Source: Terriglobia bacterium (GTDB lineage Bacteria > Acidobacteriota > Terriglobia > JAJPHL01). Taken from it: 64,000 bases of DNA. The stretch is from the NCBI GenBank assembly GCA_021325275.1, contig JAJPHL010000035.1, positions 54,916 through 118,915 of the forward strand, in the 5' to 3' direction. Both the position numbers and the translations under genes were made by a program. The first letter of the stretch is position 1. Each line of letters opens with the position of its first letter. The notes under the pieces are model-generated. The model saw nothing but the letters and a program-made list of their open reading frames with translations. It was not told the origin of the DNA and made no database searches. Below, piece after piece: positions 46,561-55,827 of this stretch.

Positions 46561-47466
46561 ATGCCGCAATCTCGAAACGTCACGGTTGGCGCGATTCAGA
46601 TGAGCATGTCCCGGGATGTGCGCGAAAACTTGCGCAAAGCCGCAGATCTCGTCGCCGAAGCCGCGAAGCGCGGCGCGCAAATCGTCTGCCTACCGGAACT
46701 TTTCGGATCGCAATACTTTTGCCAGATCGAAGACGGCGCGCACTTCGACCTCGCCGAGCCGCTCTCCGGCCCGACGACCGAAACCATGTCGCGCGTTGCG
46801 AAACAAGCCGGCGTCGTTCTCGTGGTTCCGTTCTTCGAGCGCCGTGCCGCCGGCGTTTATCACAACAGCGCCGTGATTCTGGAACGCGACGGCTCCATCG
46901 CCGGGCATTATCGCAAAATGCACATTCCCGACGATCCGTCGTACTACGAAAAGTTTTATTTCACACCCGGCGATCTCGGTTTTCGGGCCATCGACACTTC
47001 GGTGGGGCGCGTCGGCGTGTTGATTTGCTGGGATCAGTGGTATCCGGAAGGGGCGCGGCTCACGGCGCTGCAAGGCGCGGAGATTTTGTTTTACCCCACG
47101 GCGATCGGGTGCTTGCCGATGGATCGCGGCGAGTACGGCGACGCGCAACGCGACGCCTGGCGCACGATTCAGCGAAGCCATGCCATCGCGAACGGTGTGT
47201 TCGTGGCCGCCGTAAATCGCGTGGGGCATGAGACGCCGAATGCGACGTCGCCCGGCATCGACTTTTGGGGATCGTCGTTCCTCTGCGATCCCATCGGCGC
47301 CGTCCTACAGCACGCCGGCGAGAAAGAGCAAATCCTCATCGCCGAATGCGATTTGAATCGCGTGGAAACGATCCGCCGCGATTGGCCTTTCCTGCGCGAT
47401 CGCCGCATCGACGCGTACGGCGGAATCACCGAGCGTTTCATCGATGCGCCACAGGGAGAGCGATAG
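46561..47466 (+). CDS. aguB: N-carbamoylputrescine amidase (CN-hydrolase family)
   Basis: VTVGAIQMSMS...QIVCLPELF (Glu), RKMHIPD (Lys), LICWDQWYPE (Cys) catalytic triad; about 300 aa. Confidence 0.85.
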   Translation: MPQSRNVTVGAIQMSMSRDVRENLRKAADLVAEAAKRGAQIVCLPELFGSQYFCQIEDGAHFDLAEPLSGPTTETMSRVAKQAGVVLVVPFFERRAAGVYHNSAVILERDGSIAGHYRKMHIPDDPSYYEKFYFTPGDLGFRAIDTSVGRVGVLICWDQWYPEGARLTALQGAEILFYPTAIGCLPMDRGEYGDAQRDAWRTIQRSHAIANGVFVAAVNRVGHETPNATSPGIDFWGSSFLCDPIGAVLQHAGEKEQILIAECDLNRVETIRRDWPFLRDRRIDAYGGITERFIDAPQGER

Positions 47467-48522
47467 TTGACGCCGTTCGAACTGGGATTCCGCTTCCCCG
47501 CCGAATGGACGCCGCACGCCGCCACTTGGATCGGCTGGCCGCACAACGAATCCGATTGGCCCAAACGATTTGAAAAAATCCCGGCCGTGTACGTCGAGAT
47601 CGTGCGGGGACTGGTGCGCGGCGGCGAGAACGTCAACATTCTCGTGAACTCGGCAGCGCACGAACAAGGAGCCGTGACGCTGCTCGCGCTGGGGGGCGTC
47701 GACATCTCAACGGTGAGATTCTTCCGGTGGCCGACAAATCGCGGATGGCTGCGTGACTTTGGGGCGATTTGCGTGCGGAACGGGAAAACGGGGGAAGTCG
47801 CACCGATTCGTTTTCGCTTCAACGCCTGGGCCCGCTACGACGATTACGAGCTCGACGATGCGGCCGGCGCGGAAATCGTGAAGACAATCGGCGGGCGAGT
47901 CTTCACCGCCAATCTCGACGGACGCGATGTTGTCCTCGAAGGCGGCGGCATCGACGCCAACGGTCTCGGCACACTGCTCACGACGGAAGAATGGCTGCTC
48001 GATCCCAAGACGCAAGTGCGCAATCCCGGCTTCACGCGCCGCGATTACGAACAGCTCTTCCACGATTACCTCGGCGCAACCAACGTTCTGTGGCTCGGCA
48101 AAGGCGTCGCCGGGGACGACACGCATGGTCACGTGGACGACATCTGCCGCTTTGTGAACGAGAAAACCGTGGTCCTGGCGATGGAATACGATTCCAGCGA
48201 CGAGAACTACCGGCCGCTGCAAGAAAATCGCGAGCGCGCGCGCGGCTTCCGCACCGAGTCCGGTGAAAAAATTGAAGTGGTGGAACTGCCGCTTCCCTCC
48301 GCGATCACGCAGGACGACGAACGCTTCCCGGCGAGCTACGCGAATTTCTACATCGCGAATTCCGCCGTGCTCGTGCCGGCGTTCGATCATCCCAACGACG
48401 CGAAAGCGCTCGGCATCCTCAGTGAATTATTCACCGGCCGCACGATCATCCCGATCGCCGCGGAAGATTTAGTGCTCGGCAACGGCACACTCCACTGCTT
48501 GAGTCACGAACAGCCGCGTTAA
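47467..48522 (+). CDS. aguA: Agmatine deiminase (agmatine iminohydrolase, PAD-porphyromonas-type family)
   Basis: FRFPAEWTPHAATWIGWPHN, HVDD, C-terminal GNGTLHCLSHEQP (catalytic Cys). Apparent TTG start directly after the aguB stop. Confidence 0.85.
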   Translation: MTPFELGFRFPAEWTPHAATWIGWPHNESDWPKRFEKIPAVYVEIVRGLVRGGENVNILVNSAAHEQGAVTLLALGGVDISTVRFFRWPTNRGWLRDFGAICVRNGKTGEVAPIRFRFNAWARYDDYELDDAAGAEIVKTIGGRVFTANLDGRDVVLEGGGIDANGLGTLLTTEEWLLDPKTQVRNPGFTRRDYEQLFHDYLGATNVLWLGKGVAGDDTHGHVDDICRFVNEKTVVLAMEYDSSDENYRPLQENRERARGFRTESGEKIEVVELPLPSAITQDDERFPASYANFYIANSAVLVPAFDHPNDAKALGILSELFTGRTIIPIAAEDLVLGNGTLHCLSHEQPR

Positions 48523-48629
48523 TCCACTTCATCACGATTATTCATTGGATGTTTCACGGGCGGCGGCGTTAACGTTGCTGCAACGAAAGACATTGAACAG
48601 GGCTCTGGGGTTGTTCGTGGAGGCTGGAA

Positions 48630-49028
48630 ATGAATTCAACTGCCCTGAAAGAAGTCATCGCGATTCTCCGGCCGGAACGTTGGCCGGCGGTGAAGAGCCG
48701 CTTGGACCGCTTGCCCGTGGCGTATTCGCAATGCCGCGTGCTCGGCCGCCGCCGTCATGGATCGCTGCGGTACCTGCCGCGAACCGGCGCCCGCCCCACC
48801 GTGATCAACCATCTTCCGCAGCGCATGATCTGCTGCGAGGTGGAGGAATCACTGCTCGATTGGGTGTTGCAAGCGTTCCAAGCGGATTGCACGGGCCGCG
48901 CCGGTGACGGTTTCGTTTTCGTGTTGCCGGTGGAGGCATCTTACCCGCTGGACGCGGAAAGTTTCGTGACGCTCGGCGCGCCGTCGCCGATTCCGGCCAC
49001 GGGGAACATCGTTCATGCAGCCCGGTAA
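48630..49028 (+). CDS. Divergent P-II (GlnB)-like signal-transduction protein
   Basis: LKEVIAILRPERWPAVKSRLDRL...VLGRRRHGS...DGFVFVLPVE follows the P-II beta-alpha-beta fold pattern. The T-loop is GRRRHGS rather than GRQKG. GGAGG RBS upstream. Overlaps the nirA start by 14 nt. Confidence 0.5.
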   Translation: MNSTALKEVIAILRPERWPAVKSRLDRLPVAYSQCRVLGRRRHGSLRYLPRTGARPTVINHLPQRMICCEVEESLLDWVLQAFQADCTGRAGDGFVFVLPVEASYPLDAESFVTLGAPSPIPATGNIVHAAR

Positions 49029-50640
49029 TAACCCCATCGAGACATATAAGGCGGCACTGGGCGGCCATCCGCTGCGAATTCGGGAGCACGTCCCGCGCAT
49101 CATCGCCGAGACCGCCGGCTTGGCGGCAGATGACTGGGACAAACTTGCGCCCTCCGATAAAGAAATGCTGAAATGGCTGGGCGTCTTCTTCCGCAAGCCG
49201 ACGCCCGGCAAGTTCATGATGCGCATCCGTATGCCCAACGGATTCGCCACCAGCGCGCAACTGGCCGCCATCGCCGATTTGTCCAAAAAGCTGGGCGACA
49301 ATACCGTCGACGTCACCACGCGCCAGCAACTGGAACTGCGCGGTTTCACGCTCCAAGGACTGCCCGAGATTTGGGAACGCCTGCGCGGTCTCGATTTGCG
49401 CTCGCTACAAACCGGGCAAGACAACGTCCGCAATCTGAATGGTTGCGCACTCGCTGGATTGACCCCGCACGAATTGCTGGATGCTTCTTCCATCGTCTTC
49501 GAGTTGGATCGCATCATTGTCGGCAAAGAAGGCAATCCGGAATACGCCAACCTGCCGCGGAAATTCAACGTGGTGGTGACCGGCTGCCGCGAAAACTGCA
49601 CGCACGCCGAAACGCAAGACGTCGCGCTCATTCCAGCCAGCAAGGATGGCCGCCTGGGATTCCATGTGCTGGCCGGCGGGAAAATGGGATCGGGCGGTTT
49701 CACGATCGCCAAGAACCTCGACTGGTTCGTTCCGCCGGAGCGCGCCGTGGAGACGGTTTTGGCGATCGTCCAACTGTTTCGCGACGAGGGTCCGCGCGAC
49801 GCGCGCACAAAAGTCCGTCTGGCGTTTCTCATCGCGGATTGGGGGTTGGAATCGTTCAAGGAGAAAGTGCGGGCGCGGTTGAACTGGGAGCCGGAGCCGC
49901 GCGGCGAGGATGCCCGATCCAAGAGGCACAACGATCATCTCGGAGTGCAGGAGCAGCGCGCGAGCGATCTTTGTTCGGTCGGCTTGGTGATTCCCGTCGG
50001 CCGCACAAGGCCCGCCGGATTGCGCGAACTCGCTCGTCTGGCCGATGAATACGGCAACGGCGAAGTCCGCCTGACCACGGCGCAGAACGCCATCATCGTG
50101 AATGTTCCGCGCGGACGCGTAGAAAGACTCTTGGCGGAACCGCTCTTGAAAGAATGGCCCGCCGCGCCCTCGCGTTTTCAACGAGGCTTAGTAAGTTGCG
50201 TCGGCACCGAATACTGCAATCTGGCGCTGATCGACACCAAGAATCGCTCGATGGAAGTGTCGCGCGCGCTGGACCAAATGCTCGGCGGACAAACCGAAGC
50301 GGGCGACGCCCCAACCATTCATTGGTCGGGATGTCCGGCTGGATGCGGCAACCACGCCGTGGCGGATATCGGCTTGCGCGGCACCAAAGTCAACGTGAAT
50401 GGCGAAAGCAAAGACGCCGTGGCGATCTACGTGGGCGGCCGGAGCGGCCCACAATCGCGCGCCGCCACTCAAATCATGGACCTGGTGCCCTGCGACGAAG
50501 TGTTGCCGGACGTTTTGGCCACCGTGATTCGTCATCTGGACTTGTTCAAAAAAGTGCAGCGCGATCCCGAAGCGAAGTCGCGCGTGCTGATGGTACCGGA
50601 AGAGCAATCTTTTCCCAGCGAAGGGAGTTGTACGGAATGA
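49015..50640 (+). CDS. nirA: Ferredoxin-nitrite reductase / sulfite reductase hemoprotein-family protein (sirohaem + [4Fe-4S])
   Basis: Two NIR_SIR ferredoxin-like halves. Cluster/sirohaem cysteines VSCVGTEYCN and HWSGCPAGCGN. Assigned as nitrite reductase from the FNT channel and P-II context. Confidence 0.75.
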   Translation: MQPGNNPIETYKAALGGHPLRIREHVPRIIAETAGLAADDWDKLAPSDKEMLKWLGVFFRKPTPGKFMMRIRMPNGFATSAQLAAIADLSKKLGDNTVDVTTRQQLELRGFTLQGLPEIWERLRGLDLRSLQTGQDNVRNLNGCALAGLTPHELLDASSIVFELDRIIVGKEGNPEYANLPRKFNVVVTGCRENCTHAETQDVALIPASKDGRLGFHVLAGGKMGSGGFTIAKNLDWFVPPERAVETVLAIVQLFRDEGPRDARTKVRLAFLIADWGLESFKEKVRARLNWEPEPRGEDARSKRHNDHLGVQEQRASDLCSVGLVIPVGRTRPAGLRELARLADEYGNGEVRLTTAQNAIIVNVPRGRVERLLAEPLLKEWPAAPSRFQRGLVSCVGTEYCNLALIDTKNRSMEVSRALDQMLGGQTEAGDAPTIHWSGCPAGCGNHAVADIGLRGTKVNVNGESKDAVAIYVGGRSGPQSRAATQIMDLVPCDEVLPDVLATVIRHLDLFKKVQRDPEAKSRVLMVPEEQSFPSEGSCTE

Positions 50641-50954
50641 AGATGATTCGCGCCATGATCCGGCCGGAGAACGAAGAGTTGGTGACGCAGGCGTTGGATG
50701 AAGCCAACATCGCCGGGTTCACCAAGTGGGACGTCTTGGGACGCGGCAAACAGAAGGGAATTCAAGTCGGCGCCGCGGTCTATCCCGAAATTCCGAAGCT
50801 CAGTCTGCTTCTGGTGGTGGAAGACGAGCAAGTGCCGAAGGTGGTGCAAGCGATTCAAAAGGGCGCGCGCACCGGGCATCCCGGCGATGGACGCATCTTC
50901 GTCAGCGACGTGGATTCCGCTTACACAATTCGAACCGGAAAAACTGAACGATAG
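50637..50954 (+). CDS. Nitrogen regulatory protein P-II family
   Basis: MKMIRAMIRPENEELVTQALDEANIAGFTKWDVLGRGKQKG (T-loop) ...GDGRIFVSDVDSAYTIRTGK; 105 aa. ATGA overlap with nirA. Confidence 0.8.
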   Translation: MKMIRAMIRPENEELVTQALDEANIAGFTKWDVLGRGKQKGIQVGAAVYPEIPKLSLLLVVEDEQVPKVVQAIQKGARTGHPGDGRIFVSDVDSAYTIRTGKTER

Positions 50955-50964
50955 AGAGGACGTT

Positions 50965-51825
50965 ATGGCAGACGATTACGTAAAACCCAATGAACTGATG
51001 GCCGAAGCCTTGGCCGCCGCGGAGCGTAAAGCCGCGTTGCCGGTGCGCGATCTTCTGCTGCGCGGCGCACTGGCCGGCGCTTTTCTCGGCTATGCGACGT
51101 CGCTGGTATTCGTGGTGGTATCGCAGGGCGTCGCGCCGATCGTCGGCGCGATTCTTTTTCCGGTGGGCTTCGTGATTCTTGTGTTGCTGGGCTTGGAACT
51201 CGCCACCGGAAATTTTGCGATCCTCACGCAAGGGTGTTTGTCGGGGCGAGTGCGCGGCTCCGGTTTATTGCGCAATTGGGCGTGGGTCTATCTCGGCAAT
51301 CTGCTGGGCAGCATGTTCTACGCCGCGCTCTTCTATGCGGCGATCACGAGTTTCGGCGCCACCGATGGCGGTCCGCTGGGCGAATTGGTGCGTCAAGCCG
51401 CGCAGAAGAAGACGCTGGCCTATGCCGCGCTCGGCACACGCGGTTGGGCCACGGCATTCGTCAAAGCAATACTCTGCAACTGGATGGTGACACTCGGCAC
51501 GATGCTGGCCTTTGTGTCGCGCTCCACGCTGGGCAAGATCGCCGCGATGTGGCTGCCCATTCTGACGTTCTTCGCGCACGGCTATGAACACTCCATCGTC
51601 AACATGTTCGTGATCCCCGCGGGGATGCTGCTGAAAGCTCCGATCTCGCCGGCCACTTGGTGGCTCTGGAATCAGATTCCCGTGACGTTGGGAAACATCC
51701 TGGGCGGCGCAGTCTTAACGGCATGGGCTTTGCACCTGACCTATCAACAACCCGCGCCGTCGCGATTGGAAAAAACGGAGCTTGCCGCCATCCCGGTGGC
51801 CATCCCACTCTCATCGGAGGAATAA
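50965..51825 (+). CDS. Formate/nitrite transporter (FNT) family channel
   Basis: Six TM segments. FNT signature regions LAGAFLGYATSLV, GLELATGNF, NWMVTLGTMLA, HSIVNMF. Confidence 0.85.
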   Translation: MADDYVKPNELMAEALAAAERKAALPVRDLLLRGALAGAFLGYATSLVFVVVSQGVAPIVGAILFPVGFVILVLLGLELATGNFAILTQGCLSGRVRGSGLLRNWAWVYLGNLLGSMFYAALFYAAITSFGATDGGPLGELVRQAAQKKTLAYAALGTRGWATAFVKAILCNWMVTLGTMLAFVSRSTLGKIAAMWLPILTFFAHGYEHSIVNMFVIPAGMLLKAPISPATWWLWNQIPVTLGNILGGAVLTAWALHLTYQQPAPSRLEKTELAAIPVAIPLSSEE

Positions 51826-51827
51826 TT

Positions 51828-53219
51828 ATGTCCCTACGGCCCGTTCTCTCGCTGGTGGTGTGCGCGACGTGCTTGATTGTCGCGGTTGGAGCGTCCGCCC
51901 AGGATTCCGCCGTCGTTCTGGCGCGTATCCTGGCCGAAAAAGGAATCATCACCAAGAGCGACTTGGCGCGGGTCGAGTCGGCCGGCGGCGACAAGTCGCA
52001 AGTCTTGACGCAAGTCGCAGCTTCCGCTCTCACGCAGAAGGAGAAGCCCCCGGCGGCGGTCGCTGCTTCCTCGGCGGCATCCTCCCCGGCTGAGAAAACC
52101 GCAAACGGGCCGATCACTTTTTACGGGTCAATCCTCTGGAACTCTTACCTGAACACTTCGCTCACCAACAACGCCGATGTTCCGCTGTTTGCTGGAAAGC
52201 AAGGGTCGGACGCGGCCGGCAATGACAAGAATTTCGGCATGACAGTCCGGCAATCGCGCCTGGGCTTGCGCTTTAACGGACCTGAAGTGGCCGGCGCGAA
52301 GTCGAGCGCCGTTGTGGAAACCGATTTCTTCGGCGGTCAAGCGTCGCTGGCCAACGGCATCGCCATGGATCTTGTTCGGCTGCGTCTGGCGTATGGAAGA
52401 TTGGATTGGACCAGCGCATCGCTCGTCGCCGGACAAGATTGGTCGGTGTTCGCGCCGCTCAACCCGACGTCATTGGCAAGTTTTGCGATTCCCGCGATGG
52501 CGGCCTCGGGCAATCCCTGGAGCAGGACGCCGCAAGTGCGCGGCGAATGGCGGGACAAATCGCTTCTGTGGCAGATGGCCGCCACCGATCCCAACATCGG
52601 CGACTATCCGGCCGCTTTCGCCACTTCGCGCACGCCGGCGATCGGCGAACGTGGACGCTTGCCTGCATTCGATTCCCGGTTGGCTTGGACGCACCGCATG
52701 AATGGACAACAAGCTTCACTCGGCGTGAGCTCGCACTATAGCCGCGGCAAAAACGCCGGCGCGATCGGCACGCGCAATGTGGAACAAGGTGTCGATTCCT
52801 GGGGAGTGGCGCTCGATTACATTGTTCCCTTGCATCGGCGATTGATATTGTCGGGCGAGATCTTCGAGGGCCGCGCCCTGGGCGCCTTCAGCGTCGGCCT
52901 GGGACAAGGCGTATTGGCCGTGGGAACCCCCGGCGCGCACGGCGTGGGAGCGGCCGGCGGGTGGAGTCAGGCGCAAATCCAACTGTCGCCGCGCTGGCAA
53001 TGGAACACGTCGTATGGTTTGGAGTCGGACGAAGCCGCCAATCTGACGGCGGGCGCCCGGAACCGCAACTCAACGCTGATGACCAACTTGATGTACAAGC
53101 TCTCGCCGCAATTCACCGTAGCGGGAGAATACCGGCGGTTGTTCACCGATTTCTACAATCAGCAACCGTTCAACGAACGCGGCGATCATTTCAACCTGGC
53201 GGTCGGGTACATTTTCTAA
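51828..53219 (+). CDS. Outer-membrane beta-barrel porin (putative anion-selective), signal peptide
   Basis: Signal peptide MSLRPVLSLVVCATCLIVAVGASAQ after a GGAGG RBS 3 nt past the FNT stop. Alternating amphipathic beta-strands and an aromatic C-terminal residue (GYIF). Confidence 0.5.
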   Translation: MSLRPVLSLVVCATCLIVAVGASAQDSAVVLARILAEKGIITKSDLARVESAGGDKSQVLTQVAASALTQKEKPPAAVAASSAASSPAEKTANGPITFYGSILWNSYLNTSLTNNADVPLFAGKQGSDAAGNDKNFGMTVRQSRLGLRFNGPEVAGAKSSAVVETDFFGGQASLANGIAMDLVRLRLAYGRLDWTSASLVAGQDWSVFAPLNPTSLASFAIPAMAASGNPWSRTPQVRGEWRDKSLLWQMAATDPNIGDYPAAFATSRTPAIGERGRLPAFDSRLAWTHRMNGQQASLGVSSHYSRGKNAGAIGTRNVEQGVDSWGVALDYIVPLHRRLILSGEIFEGRALGAFSVGLGQGVLAVGTPGAHGVGAAGGWSQAQIQLSPRWQWNTSYGLESDEAANLTAGARNRNSTLMTNLMYKLSPQFTVAGEYRRLFTDFYNQQPFNERGDHFNLAVGYIF

Positions 53220-53237
53220 TTATGGAGTGCGGCGGAA

Positions 53238-54239
53238 TTAGTCCACGTGCGCGTCGCGCAGGAACGCCGCTGCTTCTTCCGGTGGCGTGGGATTAATGTA
53301 GAATCCCGTTCCCCATTCGAATTCCGCGACTTTCGTGAGCTTGGGCATCAACTCGATGTGCCAGTGATAATAATCGTTGGTCGACTCCATCACCGGCGAC
53401 GTGTGGATCACTAGGTTGTACGCCGGGGATTCCAGCGCCTGATTCAACTTGCCGAGCACGTTTTTCAGCGCGCGCGCCAATCCTTCGTAGTGACCCGAAG
53501 GCGAGTTCTCCACCGCCGACTCGTGCTGCTTCGGTAGAATACACGTCTCGAACGGGAAACGCGGCGCCCACGGCGCAACGGTGAGAAAATCCGTGGAGTC
53601 TTCGATCACGCGCACCTGCGATTGCAATTCCTGGCGGATGATGTCGCAAAAAATGCAACGTTCTTTTTGACCGTAAAACGCCTTCGCCCCGTCCATCTCC
53701 TCGCGCACATAGCTCGGCACAATCGGCAGCGCGATCAACTGGCTGTGCGGATGTTCCAACGACGCGCCGGCCGGTTCGCCGTGATTCTTGAAAATTAAAA
53801 TGTAGCGGAAACGTTTGTCTTTTTTCAGATCGAGAATGCGATCGCGAAACGCCCACAACACGTCTTCCACGCCTTTCAGGGGCAGCGTGGCCAGCGATTG
53901 CATGTGGTCCGGCGACTCGATGATCACTTCATGCGCGCCGATGCCGTTCATCTTGTCGAACATGCCTTCGCCGCGCCGCGCCAATTCGCCTTCGATGCCA
54001 AGCGCGGGAAATTTATTCGGCACTACGCGCACGGTCCAGCCGGGCGTGTTCGGCGCGCCGCCGTTCGGGCGATAGGCCATGATCTCGCGCGGCGTGCGGT
54101 CTTCTTGTCCCGGACAAAATGGGCAGAAGCCGCCTTGCGGCACGACTTTTTCGCGTAAGAAATCGCTGGGACGGCGCGCGCGATCGGTGGAAATAATCAC
54201 CCAGCGCCCCGTCACCGGGTCCTTGCGTAACTCGGGCAT
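53238..54239 (-). CDS. galT: Galactose-1-phosphate uridylyltransferase (HIT superfamily)
   Basis: Zinc knuckle CPFCPG; VVPNKFPAL; active-site HPHSQLIAL. Confidence 0.85.
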   Translation of the reverse strand: MPELRKDPVTGRWVIISTDRARRPSDFLREKVVPQGGFCPFCPGQEDRTPREIMAYRPNGGAPNTPGWTVRVVPNKFPALGIEGELARRGEGMFDKMNGIGAHEVIIESPDHMQSLATLPLKGVEDVLWAFRDRILDLKKDKRFRYILIFKNHGEPAGASLEHPHSQLIALPIVPSYVREEMDGAKAFYGQKERCIFCDIIRQELQSQVRVIEDSTDFLTVAPWAPRFPFETCILPKQHESAVENSPSGHYEGLARALKNVLGKLNQALESPAYNLVIHTSPVMESTNDYYHWHIELMPKLTKVAEFEWGTGFYINPTPPEEAAAFLRDAHVD

Positions 54240-54763
54240 TACTTGACGACCTCCAACTCAAAAGTAATCACCTTGCCTCGAACCAGAAAACACAAATAGT
54301 ATTCCCAGAAGCGCCGGAAGCGCCGCGAATGATTCACCAGGAACTCGAATCCCAGCCAGCGCCAGAACGCCAGCAAGCGCACGTGCACGCGGCGTTCTTT
54401 CAATTTGTCCTTCGTGTAGTAGCCAAACCCGGCGTTATCGTCACCAAAGTGCCGAAAGCTGAAACTGTTCAAATGCCATCGATGCGTGGGATCGCACCAC
54501 GAACTGAAATCGGTGTAGTGCGGTGTGACGAGCACAATCACACCGCCGGGACGCGCCAGGCGATGCAATTCCTTCATCGTGGCCATCACGTCGCCCACGT
54601 GTTCGATCACGTGCACGCCGCGGATTTCCTCGAAGACGCTGTCGCGGAACGGATACGGTGGACGATCCAAATCGCACAGCACGTCGGCGGCGGTGTCGGG
54701 ATTGTTGTCGATGCCGATCGAACCGGGATATTTGTTGCGTCCACAACCGATGTCGAGAATCAC
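54239..54763 (-). CDS. Class I SAM-dependent methyltransferase
   Basis: ILDIGCGRNKY (motif I), acidic motif II, VIEHV. Confidence 0.7.
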   Translation of the reverse strand: MILDIGCGRNKYPGSIGIDNNPDTAADVLCDLDRPPYPFRDSVFEEIRGVHVIEHVGDVMATMKELHRLARPGGVIVLVTPHYTDFSSWCDPTHRWHLNSFSFRHFGDDNAGFGYYTKDKLKERRVHVRLLAFWRWLGFEFLVNHSRRFRRFWEYYLCFLVRGKVITFELEVVK

Positions 54764-54921
54764 GAAGAAGATTTCACCACAAAGACACTAAGAACACAAA
54801 GAAAACCGCGCGGCGCCCAGCGACAGCGCGGGGGCGGCGGCGATGGCGGATGAATCCTTATCGCACTTCGCGGCATCTGATAGATTTACGCAAGGGAGAT
54901 TTCAACCAGGGAGGATTTGTC

Positions 54922-55827
54922 ATGTCCATTCGTCCCGTGAAAAAACTATCCAAGGCCCAACCGACACTGGAGGGCGCGGGCGTGCATCTGCGGCGCGCGT
55001 TCGGTTTTCACAACACTTCGGACTACGATCCGTTTCTGCTGTTCGACGATTTCCGCAACGACGTTCCGCGCGATTATCTCGCGGGATTCCCCTGGCACCC
55101 GCATCGCGGCATCGAGACGATCACGTACGTGCTCGCGGGAACCGTGGAGCACGGCGACAGCATGGGGAATCGCGGCGCTATCGGCGCGGGCGACGTGCAG
55201 TGGATGACCGCGGGCAGCGGCATCATCCATCAGGAAATGCCCAAGGGCGACAACGTGGGGCGCATGCACGGTTTTCAGTTGTGGGCGAACTTGCCGGCGT
55301 CGATGAAAATGACTCCGCCACGCTATCAAGAAGTGAAGACCGGGGACATTCCGGAAATCACCGACGACGACGGCACGCAAGTGCGCCTGGTGTGCGGAAG
55401 TTTTTGGGGCCGGCGCGGACCGGTGGACGGAATCGCGGCCGATCCCATTTACATCGACGTGTCGGTGCCGCCGGGCGTGCGCCGGACTCTGCCTGTAGAA
55501 ACTTCCCGGCATGCTTTTGCTTATGTCTTTTCCGGCGCGGGGAAATTCTGCAACGCCTCGGGACCGCTCGCGGTGCCGACCGAAGGAGTCGGCTGGGCCG
55601 ACACAACGCCGCCGGCCGACGCCGGCAATCGCTCGTTGATCCTGTTCGATCGCGGCGACGAAGTGGAAGTGCAGGCCGGTGAGGACGGCATCCGCTTTTT
55701 GTTGGTTTCCGGAAAACCGCTGCAAGAACCGGTCGCGTGGTACGGACCAATCGTGATGAACACGCAGCAGCAACTTCAGCAGGCCTACCAGGAATTGGAA
55801 AAAGGCACGTTCTTGAAAACGAAATGA
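54922..55827 (+). CDS. Pirin-family protein (bicupin)
   Basis: GFPWHPHRGIETITYVLAGTVEHGDSMGN metal-binding His motif; GGGAGG RBS upstream. Confidence 0.9.
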   Translation: MSIRPVKKLSKAQPTLEGAGVHLRRAFGFHNTSDYDPFLLFDDFRNDVPRDYLAGFPWHPHRGIETITYVLAGTVEHGDSMGNRGAIGAGDVQWMTAGSGIIHQEMPKGDNVGRMHGFQLWANLPASMKMTPPRYQEVKTGDIPEITDDDGTQVRLVCGSFWGRRGPVDGIAADPIYIDVSVPPGVRRTLPVETSRHAFAYVFSGAGKFCNASGPLAVPTEGVGWADTTPPADAGNRSLILFDRGDEVEVQAGEDGIRFLLVSGKPLQEPVAWYGPIVMNTQQQLQQAYQELEKGTFLKTK

